A stretch of 64,000 bases of DNA from Verrucomicrobiota bacterium (GTDB lineage: Bacteria; Verrucomicrobiota; Verrucomicrobiia; Limisphaerales; CANJSG01). Location of the stretch: the NCBI GenBank assembly GCA_038209745.1, contig JBBQXJ010000010.1:1-64000 (forward strand), given 5' to 3'. Numbering within the stretch: position 1 is the first letter of the stretch; the number at the start of each line of letters is the position of its first letter. The position numbers were made by a program, and so were the translations under genes. Below the pieces are notes generated by a model. That model made no database searches. It had not been told where the DNA came from and worked only from the letters and a program-made list of their open reading frames with translations. This document shows positions 9,328 through 18,831 of this stretch, piece by piece.

Positions 9328-10005
9328 CTATCGGGCAGGTGGCAGCCATCGTTCGTCGCCCCGGGTGAGGTGGGTGTATTTTGCCACCGCCTGCCCGCGG
9401 GACCGCACATGGAGCTTTTCGTAGATCCGCCGGATGTAGGTGCTCACGGTCGTGACCCCGATGTTCAGCATGTCGGCGATCTCCTTGAAGGCATAGCCCC
9501 GGGCCAGCAAGTCGAGGACTTCGCGCTCGCGTTGGGAGAGTTCAGCCCCCTCCGGGGTCTCGACCTTGGCGGGCTGTTGGAACGATTGGACGACCTTCCG
9601 GGCGATCCCGCTGGTCATGGGCGAGCCGCCGCCATGCACTTCGGTCAACGCGTCCAAAAGACCCTTGCGCGAAGTCCTCTTCAACATGTAGCCGCTCGCT
9701 CCGGCCGCCAGCGCGTCGAAGATGTGCTCCGCATCGTCGTAGACGGTCAGCATGAGGAACTGGGTCTCGTTCAACAGTGGTTTGAGCAGCCGGACACATT
9801 CGATGCCGCTCATTCCCGGGAGGTTGATGTCCGTCAAAACCACGGCGGGCTTCACCTCCGCCAAGCCCGCGACCGCGCTCTCGGCGTCGGCGAAGTCCCC
9901 GACGCAATTAAAGCCTTTGGCCTGCTTGAGCCAGCCGGAGATGATCTGCCGGATGGACGAATCGTCTTCGATGATGGCGACGTCGATGTTCACAATTCTC
10001 TTCAT
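9328..10005 (-). CDS. NarL/FixJ-family response regulator (REC + LuxR HTH)
   Basis: VAIIEDD...VVLTDINLPGMSG...GASGYMLK receiver; LSQREREVLDLLARGYAFKEIA...IYEKLHVRSR HTH. Start estimated at 10005. Confidence 0.95.
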   Translation of the reverse strand: MKRIVNIDVAIIEDDSSIRQIISGWLKQAKGFNCVGDFADAESAVAGLAEVKPAVVLTDINLPGMSGIECVRLLKPLLNETQFLMLTVYDDAEHIFDALAAGASGYMLKRTSRKGLLDALTEVHGGGSPMTSGIARKVVQSFQQPAKVETPEGAELSQREREVLDLLARGYAFKEIADMLNIGVTTVSTYIRRIYEKLHVRSRGQAVAKYTHLTRGDERWLPPAR

Positions 10006-10220
10006 ATACCCTGCCTCGGCCCGCTCTGTAGCGTCCCCAGTATGAACGACGGACTTGCCGGGAACATGCGGAAACAACGCTGAAGCCCATCGAAAATCGC
10101 GCGTGCTGGTGGGTGACACGGGCTGGACGGATCGTCGCCCGGGCGCCGTCGAGTTGCTCCAAGTCCCGGATTCGATGTTGGCTCTTCCAGTCGCCCGCCC
10201 TTTGATCCCTCCCACTCGCC

Positions 10221-11138
10221 ATGAACCTCGGAAGCCCAGCCCACCGCTTCTGCATCATCTTGAATCCCTGCGCCAAGGGGGACAAGGCCCGTGCTTTTCG
10301 TGAGGGACTCGACACCTTCGCTTCGGGCATCCCGCTCAAACCCACTTTCGCCGCCGGAGCCGCCACGTCGCTTGCCCGCGAAGCCGTGGAGGAAGGTTTC
10401 CAGATCATTGTGGCTGCCGGGGGAGACGGCACCGTCAACGAAGTGCTCAATGGCATGGCCGAAGCCCGCGACGGTCTGGAGCGCGCCGCTCTCGCCGTCC
10501 TGCCGCTCGGCACGATGAACGTCTTCAGCCGCGAACTCGGCCAGTCGCTGGACAGCCGCAAAGTCTGGGAACGCCTCCGCACCGCTGGCGTGGAGCGGCG
10601 GGTCGATCTTCCCGTGGCCGAATACCAGACGCCCGAGGGGACCGTCCGCCGCCACTACGCCCAAATGGCGGGCGCAGGCGTCGACGCGCGGGCCGTGCGG
10701 GCCGTCGATTGGGAAGAGAAGAAGCGCCTCCGCGCCATGGCCTACTTTAACGCCGGGCTCCGAACCCTCCGGACCCAGCGGCCCAAGATCCACGTCCAGA
10801 CCGACTGCCAGGCCTGGGACGTCGAACAGGTCCTCATCGGCAACGGCCGCTACTACGGCGGCAGTTTGCCGGTGTTTTGGCGGGCTGCCTTGACCGACGG
10901 CGTCTTCGACCTGGTCCTTTTCCGTGAAACCCGCTGGTTCAATCTGGCCCACTACGCCTGGCAAATGCTCTGGCGCACCCAACGGCCGAGCGGCGGACTC
11001 GACTACGCCCACGCCAAAGAAGTGACCCTCACGGGCGTCCCCGACGAACCGCTCGAGCTCGACGGCGAACTCGTCGGCACCCTTCCTGCCAAACTGACCC
11101 TGCGCCCGATGGCTCTGCGCGTTCTGGTCGGGAAGTAG
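10221..11138 (+). CDS. diacylglycerol/lipid kinase family protein (YegS/DagK-like)
   Basis: ILNP, AAGGDGTVNEVLNG, LPLGTMNVF, GNGRYYGG and ELDGE motifs. Confidence 0.92.
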   Translation: MNLGSPAHRFCIILNPCAKGDKARAFREGLDTFASGIPLKPTFAAGAATSLAREAVEEGFQIIVAAGGDGTVNEVLNGMAEARDGLERAALAVLPLGTMNVFSRELGQSLDSRKVWERLRTAGVERRVDLPVAEYQTPEGTVRRHYAQMAGAGVDARAVRAVDWEEKKRLRAMAYFNAGLRTLRTQRPKIHVQTDCQAWDVEQVLIGNGRYYGGSLPVFWRAALTDGVFDLVLFRETRWFNLAHYAWQMLWRTQRPSGGLDYAHAKEVTLTGVPDEPLELDGELVGTLPAKLTLRPMALRVLVGK

Positions 11139-11236
11139 GGCCAGCAACAACGGTCCAGCCTTGCGAGGCAGGAATCCTCCCTGCCGCCTTGAGCCCGCCT
11201 CGCTTTCCCGTCGCCTTCCCGCCACCGTCCCGCCGG

Positions 11237-13990
11237 ATGTCCGTCGTCATCGATTCCGTGGCAAAAGCCGTGTTCCTGAGCGTCCGCGATCTCGCGGAGG
11301 AACCGGGCTTCAAGCGCATCGGCTTCGACCGCGAAGGATGGTCCTCGTTCGCCCTCGGCTTGGAAGTCCACGAACGTGTCCTCACCGCCCGTCTCGCCGC
11401 GAATCCCGCCTATCGGAAAGAGATCCACGTCTCCGCCCTCGTCCCACTCGACGACTGGACCGCCACCCTCACCGGCCGCATCGACGGCGCCCACGAGACG
11501 CCCGAAGGCTGGCATCTGGAAGAATTCAAGACCGCGTCCCTGGTCGGGAGCGCATCCGATCTCCCCGCCGCCCACGGAGGAGAAAACGAGATTGGGAGGG
11601 CAGCGCTCTCGATTCGGGAGTCTCCGCGCCGCACCACCGCCGCCTCCGAACGCCACCGGCACCAACTCCTGCTCTACGCGCATCTTTGGACGCTCCTCGG
11701 CCACCACGTCGCCAGCACCCGACTCGTCTATGTCGATCCCGACACCGGACGGGAAGAGCGCGTCCCGATCGCCTTCGATCCCGCCGCCGCAGTCCAAGAA
11801 ACTGAAACCCGCCTTCGTCGGCTCCTCGGTCTCTGGCAGAAGAACGAGGTCTCGCGCCAGCGCAAAGCCGCCTTCGCCGAACAGCTCCCCTTCCCGCACG
11901 CAGTTCCACGGCCCGGCCAAGCCCTCTTGATCCAGGCCCTCCGTGACACGGTGGAAACCGGAGGCCATCTTTTGGCCGAAGCCCCGACCGGCTCGGGCAA
12001 GACCGCCGCCTCGCTCCATCCCGCCCTGCAACACGCCCTGCGCACCGGTCGCCAGCTCGCCTTCCTCACTTCTAAGAATCTCCAGCAGCAGATGGCGATG
12101 AAGGCGTTGGCCGCGATGAATCCCGCGCAGGCCTTCCGCACCGTCCAACTCCGCGCCAAGGTACGGATGTGCGCGAACGACCGCGTGCTCTGCCACGAAG
12201 ACGCCTGCCCCTATGCGCGAAACTATCCTTTGAAGATGGAGCGCTCCCGCCTGCTCGACCGCCTGATGGACGGCGCCGCCCATCATCTGCCGGACGACGT
12301 CTTCGCAGCAGCCAAGGCGGAGCAAGTATGCCCGTTCGAGGTGCAGCTCGAACTCGCCCGCCGCGCCGACGCCATCGTCGCCGACTACAACTACGTCTTC
12401 GATCCCGGCGTCGCCCTCACCCAGCTCCGCGACGAAGGCTTGAAGCAGGCCGTCCTCGTCATCGACGAAGCCCACAACCTGCCCGATCGAATCCGCGGCA
12501 TCTTTTCGCCCGAATTGCTGGAGAGCGAGCTGGCCTCCGCGCTCGTCGTCGCCCAAGGACTGGGTGATGAACCCACGGTCGGCGGCGACTTTCGACCGCG
12601 CCGCCGCAAGCAACCGAAGTCCGGCCAGCTCGAATTCGGTCAGCGCCTCAGCGCGCCTTCCGAGAAGCCGCCCGCCCTGGCGGCCACCTTGGAGCAAGTG
12701 CTGGAGCTGATCCGGGCCAACGCCGAAGCGGTTTTGCCGGCGGAGAAAGACGCCATCGCCGAACTGCGGGGCTTACCCACCCCGGACTCCTCCCAGGAGG
12801 AGAATCTGCGCAGCGACAAAGCTCCTGCTCGTCGGTTTGATGAATCCTCTCCTGGGAAGGGTTCGGGGTGGGTCTCGGCCTCCGTCGCGTGGCCTGCCCG
12901 ACTGGTGAACCTCTGGACCCGTTGGGAGCCGCAGTTCCTCGGCTACGTCGCCTGGAAACAACATCACAAACAGCCGCCGGGCGACGATCCGATCGTGGAC
13001 GCCCACTTCGCGCTGCTCCGAACCGTCGCCGTGCTTCGGATGATTTCGGCAACGGGACCAAGCCGTGATCCAGGCTTCGCCGCGATCATCGAACGAAAGA
13101 GCGGTTCCCTGCGTCTCGCCATCCTCTGCCTCGACCCGTCGCAACCGGCCGCGCCGATCTTCCGGCAGGCCAGCTCCGCCCTCTTTCTTTCCGCCACGTT
13201 GAGACCTTTCGCGCTGTTCCGCCGCACGCTCGGCCTTCAACCCGAACGCATCGGCGAATTGGTCGTTCCATCCCCTTTTCCGCTGGAGAACCGGCGGGTC
13301 CTCATTCTGCCGCAGGTGCGCACCACCTACGCTTCCCGCGAAAAGGCCCTGCCCCGGATCGCGGAATTGATCACCGAGATCGACGCCGCCCACGGGGGCA
13401 ACAAGCTGGTGCTCTTCCCCTCCTACGACTTCCTCCGCCGAGTGGCGGAAATACTCGTAGCCGCAGAGATGCCGAAGCGGACTCCGGACGGTGGCCCCAA
13501 TTCCGACTCCTTGCCGCGCCGGATACTGGCGCAATCGCCCGCCGCCACCGAAGCGGAGCGCCACGCGCTCCTCGCCGCATTGGCCAAGCCTCCGCCGGGC
13601 GGCCATCTCCTGCTGGCGGTCCTCGGCGGGATGTTCGCCGAAGGGGTGGACTATCCCGGACAACTCCTGGAGATGGTCGTCGTGGTCTCGCCCGGACTGC
13701 CCAGCGTCAGCTTCGAGCGCGAACTGCTCAGGCGCCACTGCGACGCCCGCGACGGGAACGGCTTCGAGCAGGCCTATCTCCAACCCGGCATGACCCGCGT
13801 CATCCAGGCCGCCGGCCGCCTTATCCGCACCGAAACCGACCGGGGCGTCATCGCCCTGGTCTGCCAACGTTTCCTCGAAGAAGGCTACGTGGAACGCCTG
13901 CCCCGCGACTGGTATCGCACCTCGGCCCGGGAACTCATCGCGACCGACCCGGCGGCCGACGTGCGGGCATTCTTCGCCACCGTCCCGTAG
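11237..13990 (+). CDS. DinG/Rad3-family Fe-S helicase with N-terminal PD-(D/E)xK (RecB/Cas4-like) nuclease domain
   Basis: Nuclease motifs GLEVH, GRIDG, EEFKT and QLLLY. Helicase motifs EAPTGSGKT, four Cys (CANDRVLCHEDACPY...CPFE), DEAH, LSATL, LFPSY, FAEGVD and QAAGRLIRTETDRG. Start estimated at ATG 11237. Confidence 0.9.
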   Translation: MSVVIDSVAKAVFLSVRDLAEEPGFKRIGFDREGWSSFALGLEVHERVLTARLAANPAYRKEIHVSALVPLDDWTATLTGRIDGAHETPEGWHLEEFKTASLVGSASDLPAAHGGENEIGRAALSIRESPRRTTAASERHRHQLLLYAHLWTLLGHHVASTRLVYVDPDTGREERVPIAFDPAAAVQETETRLRRLLGLWQKNEVSRQRKAAFAEQLPFPHAVPRPGQALLIQALRDTVETGGHLLAEAPTGSGKTAASLHPALQHALRTGRQLAFLTSKNLQQQMAMKALAAMNPAQAFRTVQLRAKVRMCANDRVLCHEDACPYARNYPLKMERSRLLDRLMDGAAHHLPDDVFAAAKAEQVCPFEVQLELARRADAIVADYNYVFDPGVALTQLRDEGLKQAVLVIDEAHNLPDRIRGIFSPELLESELASALVVAQGLGDEPTVGGDFRPRRRKQPKSGQLEFGQRLSAPSEKPPALAATLEQVLELIRANAEAVLPAEKDAIAELRGLPTPDSSQEENLRSDKAPARRFDESSPGKGSGWVSASVAWPARLVNLWTRWEPQFLGYVAWKQHHKQPPGDDPIVDAHFALLRTVAVLRMISATGPSRDPGFAAIIERKSGSLRLAILCLDPSQPAAPIFRQASSALFLSATLRPFALFRRTLGLQPERIGELVVPSPFPLENRRVLILPQVRTTYASREKALPRIAELITEIDAAHGGNKLVLFPSYDFLRRVAEILVAAEMPKRTPDGGPNSDSLPRRILAQSPAATEAERHALLAALAKPPPGGHLLLAVLGGMFAEGVDYPGQLLEMVVVVSPGLPSVSFERELLRRHCDARDGNGFEQAYLQPGMTRVIQAAGRLIRTETDRGVIALVCQRFLEEGYVERLPRDWYRTSARELIATDPAADVRAFFATVP
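12775..12873. repeat. 99-bp palindromic (REP/RPE-like) element lying in frame inside the helicase gene
   Basis: Left arm ACCCACCCCGGACTCCTCCCAGGAG (12775-12799) and right arm CTCCTGGGAAGGGTTCGGGGTGGGT (12849-12873) are reverse complements at 22/25 positions. The total length is a multiple of 3. Confidence 0.7.
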
Positions 13991-13996
13991 GCCGGC

Positions 13997-16900
13997 TCAG
14001 CGCAGATGGAAGAACACCTTGGCGGCGCGGTTGGTCGATTCGGTCGCGGCCGGATCCATGAGAAAGACCCGCTCAGCCTCGACCTTGCCGGATGCCAGAA
14101 CGGCGTCCCGGACGGCGCGGGCACGGTCCGCCGCGAGACGGGCGAAGTCCTCGTCGGCCAGCGTCACCGCCGCCAAAACGGCTTCTTCCACTTGGTCGGC
14201 CGGGACGTCGGGCAGAGAGCGGGCCGCGCTTTGCATGAGCATGGTTCCACCCTTTTCAAACTGGGTCGGACGGGGAGCCGCCGGCTTCGGCGCATCGGCG
14301 GTCGCTTTACCGTCGGCGCTGTTGGACTGCCGTTGCTGTTGGATCACGACATACGCTTGGTTCAGGCGGTTGGTGAACTCGTCCGGCGTGAGCGGAATTG
14401 GGTCGATCGAAAGACCGCTGCCGGGAGTCTCCGCCCGTTTCTCCTGCCGAAAACGGCGCTCCAGCTTCCGCCGCTTGAGCACCGGGGCGTCGACGACCGG
14501 ATCGTAGCCGCCCTCGATCTCCAGCTGCAGGCCGGGCCGTCCAAAGAGGCCCTTCACCAAGCCGTCCAGCTTGCCCCGCTGCGAAGCCATCAGCTCCGCG
14601 CTGCCGGGCGCAAAACTCTGGAAGCTGACTTCCTCGCCACCCCCCCCGAAGAGCGAACCCAGCATCGAGAACGGCGACGTGGCCGCCTTCACGAGCAGGT
14701 TTCCCAACGTGCTCCAGATCACGGGACCAAGACGGAAGCCGGGGTCGTCGAGCCTCCCTTCGATCGGCATGTCGAGTTCGATGCGGCCATGGCGATCCTT
14801 GAGAATGGCGACGCCCAGGCGCACCGGCAGCTCGGTGGCGTCCGGGCTGTCCACCTTCTGGCCGAAGGTGAACTGGTCCAACGTGATCTTGTTCTCCGCC
14901 TTCAACGCTCCGCCCATGATCGTGCAGTCGAGGTCGACGCTCAGCGTCCCCCTGCTGATGCCGTAGCCGGCGAACTTGCCGGAATACGGGCTGGCCGGCC
15001 TGAGGTCCATGTTCGTGAGAGCGACCTTCAGCTCGGACTGCGCGTCGTAGTGCAACGGGTTGATCTTCCCCGTCACCGCGAACGGCCCGGTGCCGTCGAT
15101 CGCGCCGGTGAGATGCACGTCGGCGCGCTTCAGGTCTTCGGACGAAATTTCGGCGACCGATCCGGCCACGTCGCGCACCGTGGCGTGGACGGCGGGCCTG
15201 ACGGAACGATCCACGAAGTCGACCAGCGCGTTGGTCAGCCTCACCGTTCCAACCGTCACCCGGGGCAAACGCGTCGCACCGGCCGCATTGGTCTTTGAGG
15301 CGAGGGCGTCTTCGATCAGCCGGCCGAACTGCTTTTTCCAACCAAGCCGACTCGGGATGACCACGGGTTCCAGTTCGCCTGTGGGCGGAGCGTTGGTCGC
15401 GGTCTTCAGCACCGAGAGCAGGTTGACCATCGCATTGGTGCCGATGGAGACGTGGACCTCTGGCTCGGTGATGGAGATGGCTTCGACTCCGAGCGCCAAC
15501 GGCCGGAGCGTGGCCTCGATGCCGGAAGCGGCGACACTGTGCCACTTGAGGAGATCATCGGAGGCGGCGTCCACGGCCGCGAAATCGTCCAGCCGCGAAT
15601 CGCCCCGAAACACGACGTCGGGCAGTCCGTCGGCCCCGGTGCGAAGAGTCAATCGGCCGTTGAACCCGACCTTGGCTCCGGTGACGAAAAGATTCACGAA
15701 CGGCTCCAGATAGGGATCGAGGGGACGCAGTTCGAGGTGGGCCACATCGAGCGCGATATCAGCGGTCGGCGGTGAAAGCAGCAGGGACGTGCCGACATGG
15801 ACCGTGCCGTTCGTGTTCCAGCGCAGGGAGACGTCGGCCGTGAGGTTGGTGCCGGGCAGGTTCGACAGGTTGTGCGCGGCGACGGCGATCTCGTCGACGA
15901 CCAGATGGACCGGGCGGCGGTTGACTTCATCGGTCCAAGATATGGCGCAGTTCGTCACGTCGACCGACCGCAGGATGCCCGTCGCGAAATTGGTGCTCTC
16001 CATCAGCCGGGCGACGAGGTTGCTGGTCGCCCGCATCAGCAGGGCGATGCTGCCGGGAGCATTGGTGGCGGCGGCGGCCGGCGTGGCCAGTTCCGCCAGA
16101 TTCACGGTGCCGTCGTGGAACCTCCGGACGTCGACGCGTCCCCCGACGACCCGCACCGACGCCACGTCCGCCGAGCGGGCGACCGCATCGGCCGCCGCTC
16201 CGGTGACCGCGAGTTCATCCAGTTCCAGCATGTTGTGGGTGGCGCCCTTCTTCGCGACCTTGAACGAGCGCAGGGTGAAGCTGGCGTTGGTCGCTCGGGC
16301 GACGTAGTTCGACGGCGTGAGGCTCGCGGTGAAGGACGCTCCGGCGCTGATGACGCCGTCCCTCACTTCGAACCGTACCAGATCGTCAAAAAGCCCGGAG
16401 TATTTCCGAAGGGACAACCCTTGCAGGCGGAGCACGCCTTCGGACCCCAGCGGATCGAACGTGAAGTGGCCCTTCCAGGAGAACGTCTCGCCGCTATCCG
16501 TCGTGCCCGTGACGGAATACGCATTCTGGTTTTCGGGCGAGGTCTCCAAATCGACGAGGTTCAATTCCACCGGCCCCACCCTTCTGCGAAACGGATTCCG
16601 CAAGGACAGGTCGACCACGGAGAGGACGGCGTTGGTGATCTGGATGCGGTCGACGCGCACATGGATCGGCTTCATCGGTTTGGCCGGGGTGTTGCCGGCC
16701 ATCGCGGAGATCTTCACGATCAGATCCGAGACATTGAGCGAGCGGTCGGGATTGATCTGCAACCGGAAGGCCGGACTCACGACGCGCACTTCGCGGAAGA
16801 CCCACGGTTTGCCGAAGAACGACGCGAGTTGCAAATTCGCATAGACCTCGTCCCACTGGAGCAGCGGCACGCCGTCGGGATCCTTGATCAGCAATCCGCG

Positions 16901-17110
16901 AATCGAGCCGGAGAAGGCGAAAGGATTGAGCCGAACGGCCTCGATGCTCACCTCGCGCCCCAGTTCCCTGCCCAACTGGTTGATCGCCACTTTCCGAACG
17001 ATCCAAGGCAAAATAAGGAAGCCGAAGACGGTGTAGAAAACGAACAGTCCAGCCGCCCAGTTGAGGCAACGGCGGAGCTTGGACGAACCGGATCTGCAGG
17101 AGGTTTTCAT
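13997..17110 (-). CDS. DUF748 / AsmA-like envelope protein
   Basis: N-terminal TM (YTVFGFLILP), VRLNPF, repeated beta-rich segments, SPYSGKFAGYGI..G.L, LPVRLGVAILKDRHGRIELDMPIEGRLDDP, and an OmpA-like tail (LAADRARAVRD). Confidence 0.85.
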   Translation of the reverse strand: MKTSCRSGSSKLRRCLNWAAGLFVFYTVFGFLILPWIVRKVAINQLGRELGREVSIEAVRLNPFAFSGSIRGLLIKDPDGVPLLQWDEVYANLQLASFFGKPWVFREVRVVSPAFRLQINPDRSLNVSDLIVKISAMAGNTPAKPMKPIHVRVDRIQITNAVLSVVDLSLRNPFRRRVGPVELNLVDLETSPENQNAYSVTGTTDSGETFSWKGHFTFDPLGSEGVLRLQGLSLRKYSGLFDDLVRFEVRDGVISAGASFTASLTPSNYVARATNASFTLRSFKVAKKGATHNMLELDELAVTGAAADAVARSADVASVRVVGGRVDVRRFHDGTVNLAELATPAAAATNAPGSIALLMRATSNLVARLMESTNFATGILRSVDVTNCAISWTDEVNRRPVHLVVDEIAVAAHNLSNLPGTNLTADVSLRWNTNGTVHVGTSLLLSPPTADIALDVAHLELRPLDPYLEPFVNLFVTGAKVGFNGRLTLRTGADGLPDVVFRGDSRLDDFAAVDAASDDLLKWHSVAASGIEATLRPLALGVEAISITEPEVHVSIGTNAMVNLLSVLKTATNAPPTGELEPVVIPSRLGWKKQFGRLIEDALASKTNAAGATRLPRVTVGTVRLTNALVDFVDRSVRPAVHATVRDVAGSVAEISSEDLKRADVHLTGAIDGTGPFAVTGKINPLHYDAQSELKVALTNMDLRPASPYSGKFAGYGISRGTLSVDLDCTIMGGALKAENKITLDQFTFGQKVDSPDATELPVRLGVAILKDRHGRIELDMPIEGRLDDPGFRLGPVIWSTLGNLLVKAATSPFSMLGSLFGGGGEEVSFQSFAPGSAELMASQRGKLDGLVKGLFGRPGLQLEIEGGYDPVVDAPVLKRRKLERRFRQEKRAETPGSGLSIDPIPLTPDEFTNRLNQAYVVIQQQRQSNSADGKATADAPKPAAPRPTQFEKGGTMLMQSAARSLPDVPADQVEEAVLAAVTLADEDFARLAADRARAVRDAVLASGKVEAERVFLMDPAATESTNRAAKVFFHLR

Positions 17111-17205
17111 GCGGCGGCCAGGAGAAGAATGCCATTCCGGAGCCGGGACTCAACCACAGGAAAAGGCCGCCACCGAGGATCCTTCGTCCGAAGCGGAACG
17201 TCGGA

Positions 17206-18435
17206 CTATTCCTCGTCCGCTTCGCGCCGCCTCCGGAACTCCTCCATCAGGCGGAGGATCTCTTCACGAATCTCGAAGAGCTCCATCCTCAGCCAAGCGG
17301 CGATGTCCGGGGACAGAACCCGTTTTTCGGTTGCGGATCGGAGCGCCGCCTGTGCCCTGTGCAGCGGATCCAACGCCCGCTTCAGATAGGCCACGATGAA
17401 GGCGTGGCCCGCCAGCGGACGGCCATAGGCCAGGCCGTTCAAGGCTCCGGCCAGCTTGACTCCCAGCGTGGAGATGCCGGACGTGAGGGAGAACAGGTGG
17501 GAATTGGCGGCGTCTCCGGATCCGATCTCGTTCACCAAGTCGTGGAGCCGGACGTTGAGGAGATGGGTGCGGTGCGCCAACGGATGACGGATGACATCGT
17601 GGTCCGCTCGGATCCAGTCGTCGCCTTCGGTTTCGGGGTCTGGCCGCGGATCCTCCAATCCATCCACTTCCTCGCCCGACAGGGTGCCGAACTCGTCCGC
17701 CGCATCCTCTTCTTCGGATCCACCGACGCTCTCCAGGACTTCGGCGAGATGATCCCAGCCCATTTCCAAGGCGATGCGCTTTTCAGCCTCGGGGCTGTCG
17801 CCATATTTCTCCAGCAGCTCGACATACTTGTCGGTAATGGCATCGCTCGCGCGCATCGACTTCTCGAAGTCGAACTCGTCCCACTCCTCCAGGTCCTCCG
17901 GCCCTTCGTGGCGCGCGGCTTCCACCGCTTCAGAGAGCTTGCCGAGGAAGCCGGTGAATCCGACGGCGGCATCCCGGGCGCGCTCTTTTTCGTCCTCTGG
18001 CGTCAGCCGCCATTCGGGGGCGGAAATGCTGAGCCGGTAGTTGGTGCTCTCGATGACGACGCGGCCGTTGGCGGCGCTGAACCATTCGAGACAGAGACAA
18101 TTGGCCAGTCGTTCGGGCGGCTTTTCCCCGCGCTGGACCATCTCATAGGCATCGCCGAACGGGAGGTCGTAGACCCGCACTTTCCGCGAGGCGGTGAGAT
18201 CCCCGATGGATCCGCGTTGAACCATGCCCAACGTGTCCAGATCCGCGGTCGCCACGGGGTCGAGCGGATTGGAGAAGCTCAGCAGGCAACCTGCCAGGTC
18301 GGCCTGGGCATTGCCCCGGAGCTCCAGCAGGACGGGATCCGATCGGCCATGGATCCAAAGCCGTCCGCGCACGACACCTTTTTCGCGGTTGTCGATCTCC
18401 CCGCGGACCACGCTCTCGTGTATGCGGAACGCCAT
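17206..18435 (-). CDS. hypothetical protein of unknown function with an acidic central region
   Basis: 409-aa ORF with globular-looking N-terminus (MAFRIHESVVRGEIDNR...LEWFSAANGRVVIE) and helical C-terminus; no motif I can assign. Confidence 0.8.
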   Translation of the reverse strand: MAFRIHESVVRGEIDNREKGVVRGRLWIHGRSDPVLLELRGNAQADLAGCLLSFSNPLDPVATADLDTLGMVQRGSIGDLTASRKVRVYDLPFGDAYEMVQRGEKPPERLANCLCLEWFSAANGRVVIESTNYRLSISAPEWRLTPEDEKERARDAAVGFTGFLGKLSEAVEAARHEGPEDLEEWDEFDFEKSMRASDAITDKYVELLEKYGDSPEAEKRIALEMGWDHLAEVLESVGGSEEEDAADEFGTLSGEEVDGLEDPRPDPETEGDDWIRADHDVIRHPLAHRTHLLNVRLHDLVNEIGSGDAANSHLFSLTSGISTLGVKLAGALNGLAYGRPLAGHAFIVAYLKRALDPLHRAQAALRSATEKRVLSPDIAAWLRMELFEIREEILRLMEEFRRRREADEE

Positions 18436-18576
18436 CGACTACGGGGTATCACGATTGGCAACCGGACGTCATCAAATTGATTTCCAAAGCCAACCGCCCT
18501 CCATCCCGGCCCCACACCCGGCTCGACCTGCGAACATGGCCCGCTAGAATCCTCCAAAATAGCCGACGCCCAACCC

Positions 18577-18831
18577 ATGAGACCGAAGATCTTCCGCCTG
18601 TTCCTGAAACCCTGGTGTCCATGGTGCATCGAAGCCCGCGAGTGGCTCGACGCCCGGGGATTCGAATACGAACCGTTCGACGTCACGAGCGACGCCGACG
18701 CCCGGCAGGAGATGATCGCGCTGACCGGCCAGTCCAAGGCTCCCAGCGCCGAGATCGACGGGCATGTCCTGGCCGACTTCGGAGCCTCGGAGCTGGAATC
18801 CTTCCTGAAGACCCACGGCTATTCGGTCTAG
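18577..18831 (+). CDS. glutaredoxin-like protein
   Basis: 84 aa with CPWC active site and TGQSKAPSAEIDG (cis-Pro loop). Confidence 0.9.
   Translation: MRPKIFRLFLKPWCPWCIEAREWLDARGFEYEPFDVTSDADARQEMIALTGQSKAPSAEIDGHVLADFGASELESFLKTHGYSV

Noticed and set aside
11237..13990. Possible type IV CRISPR system (DinG plus Cas4-like domain)
   Set aside because: No repeat-spacer array and no csf/cas5/cas6/cas7 genes in the window; neighbours are a lipid kinase and a DUF748 gene.
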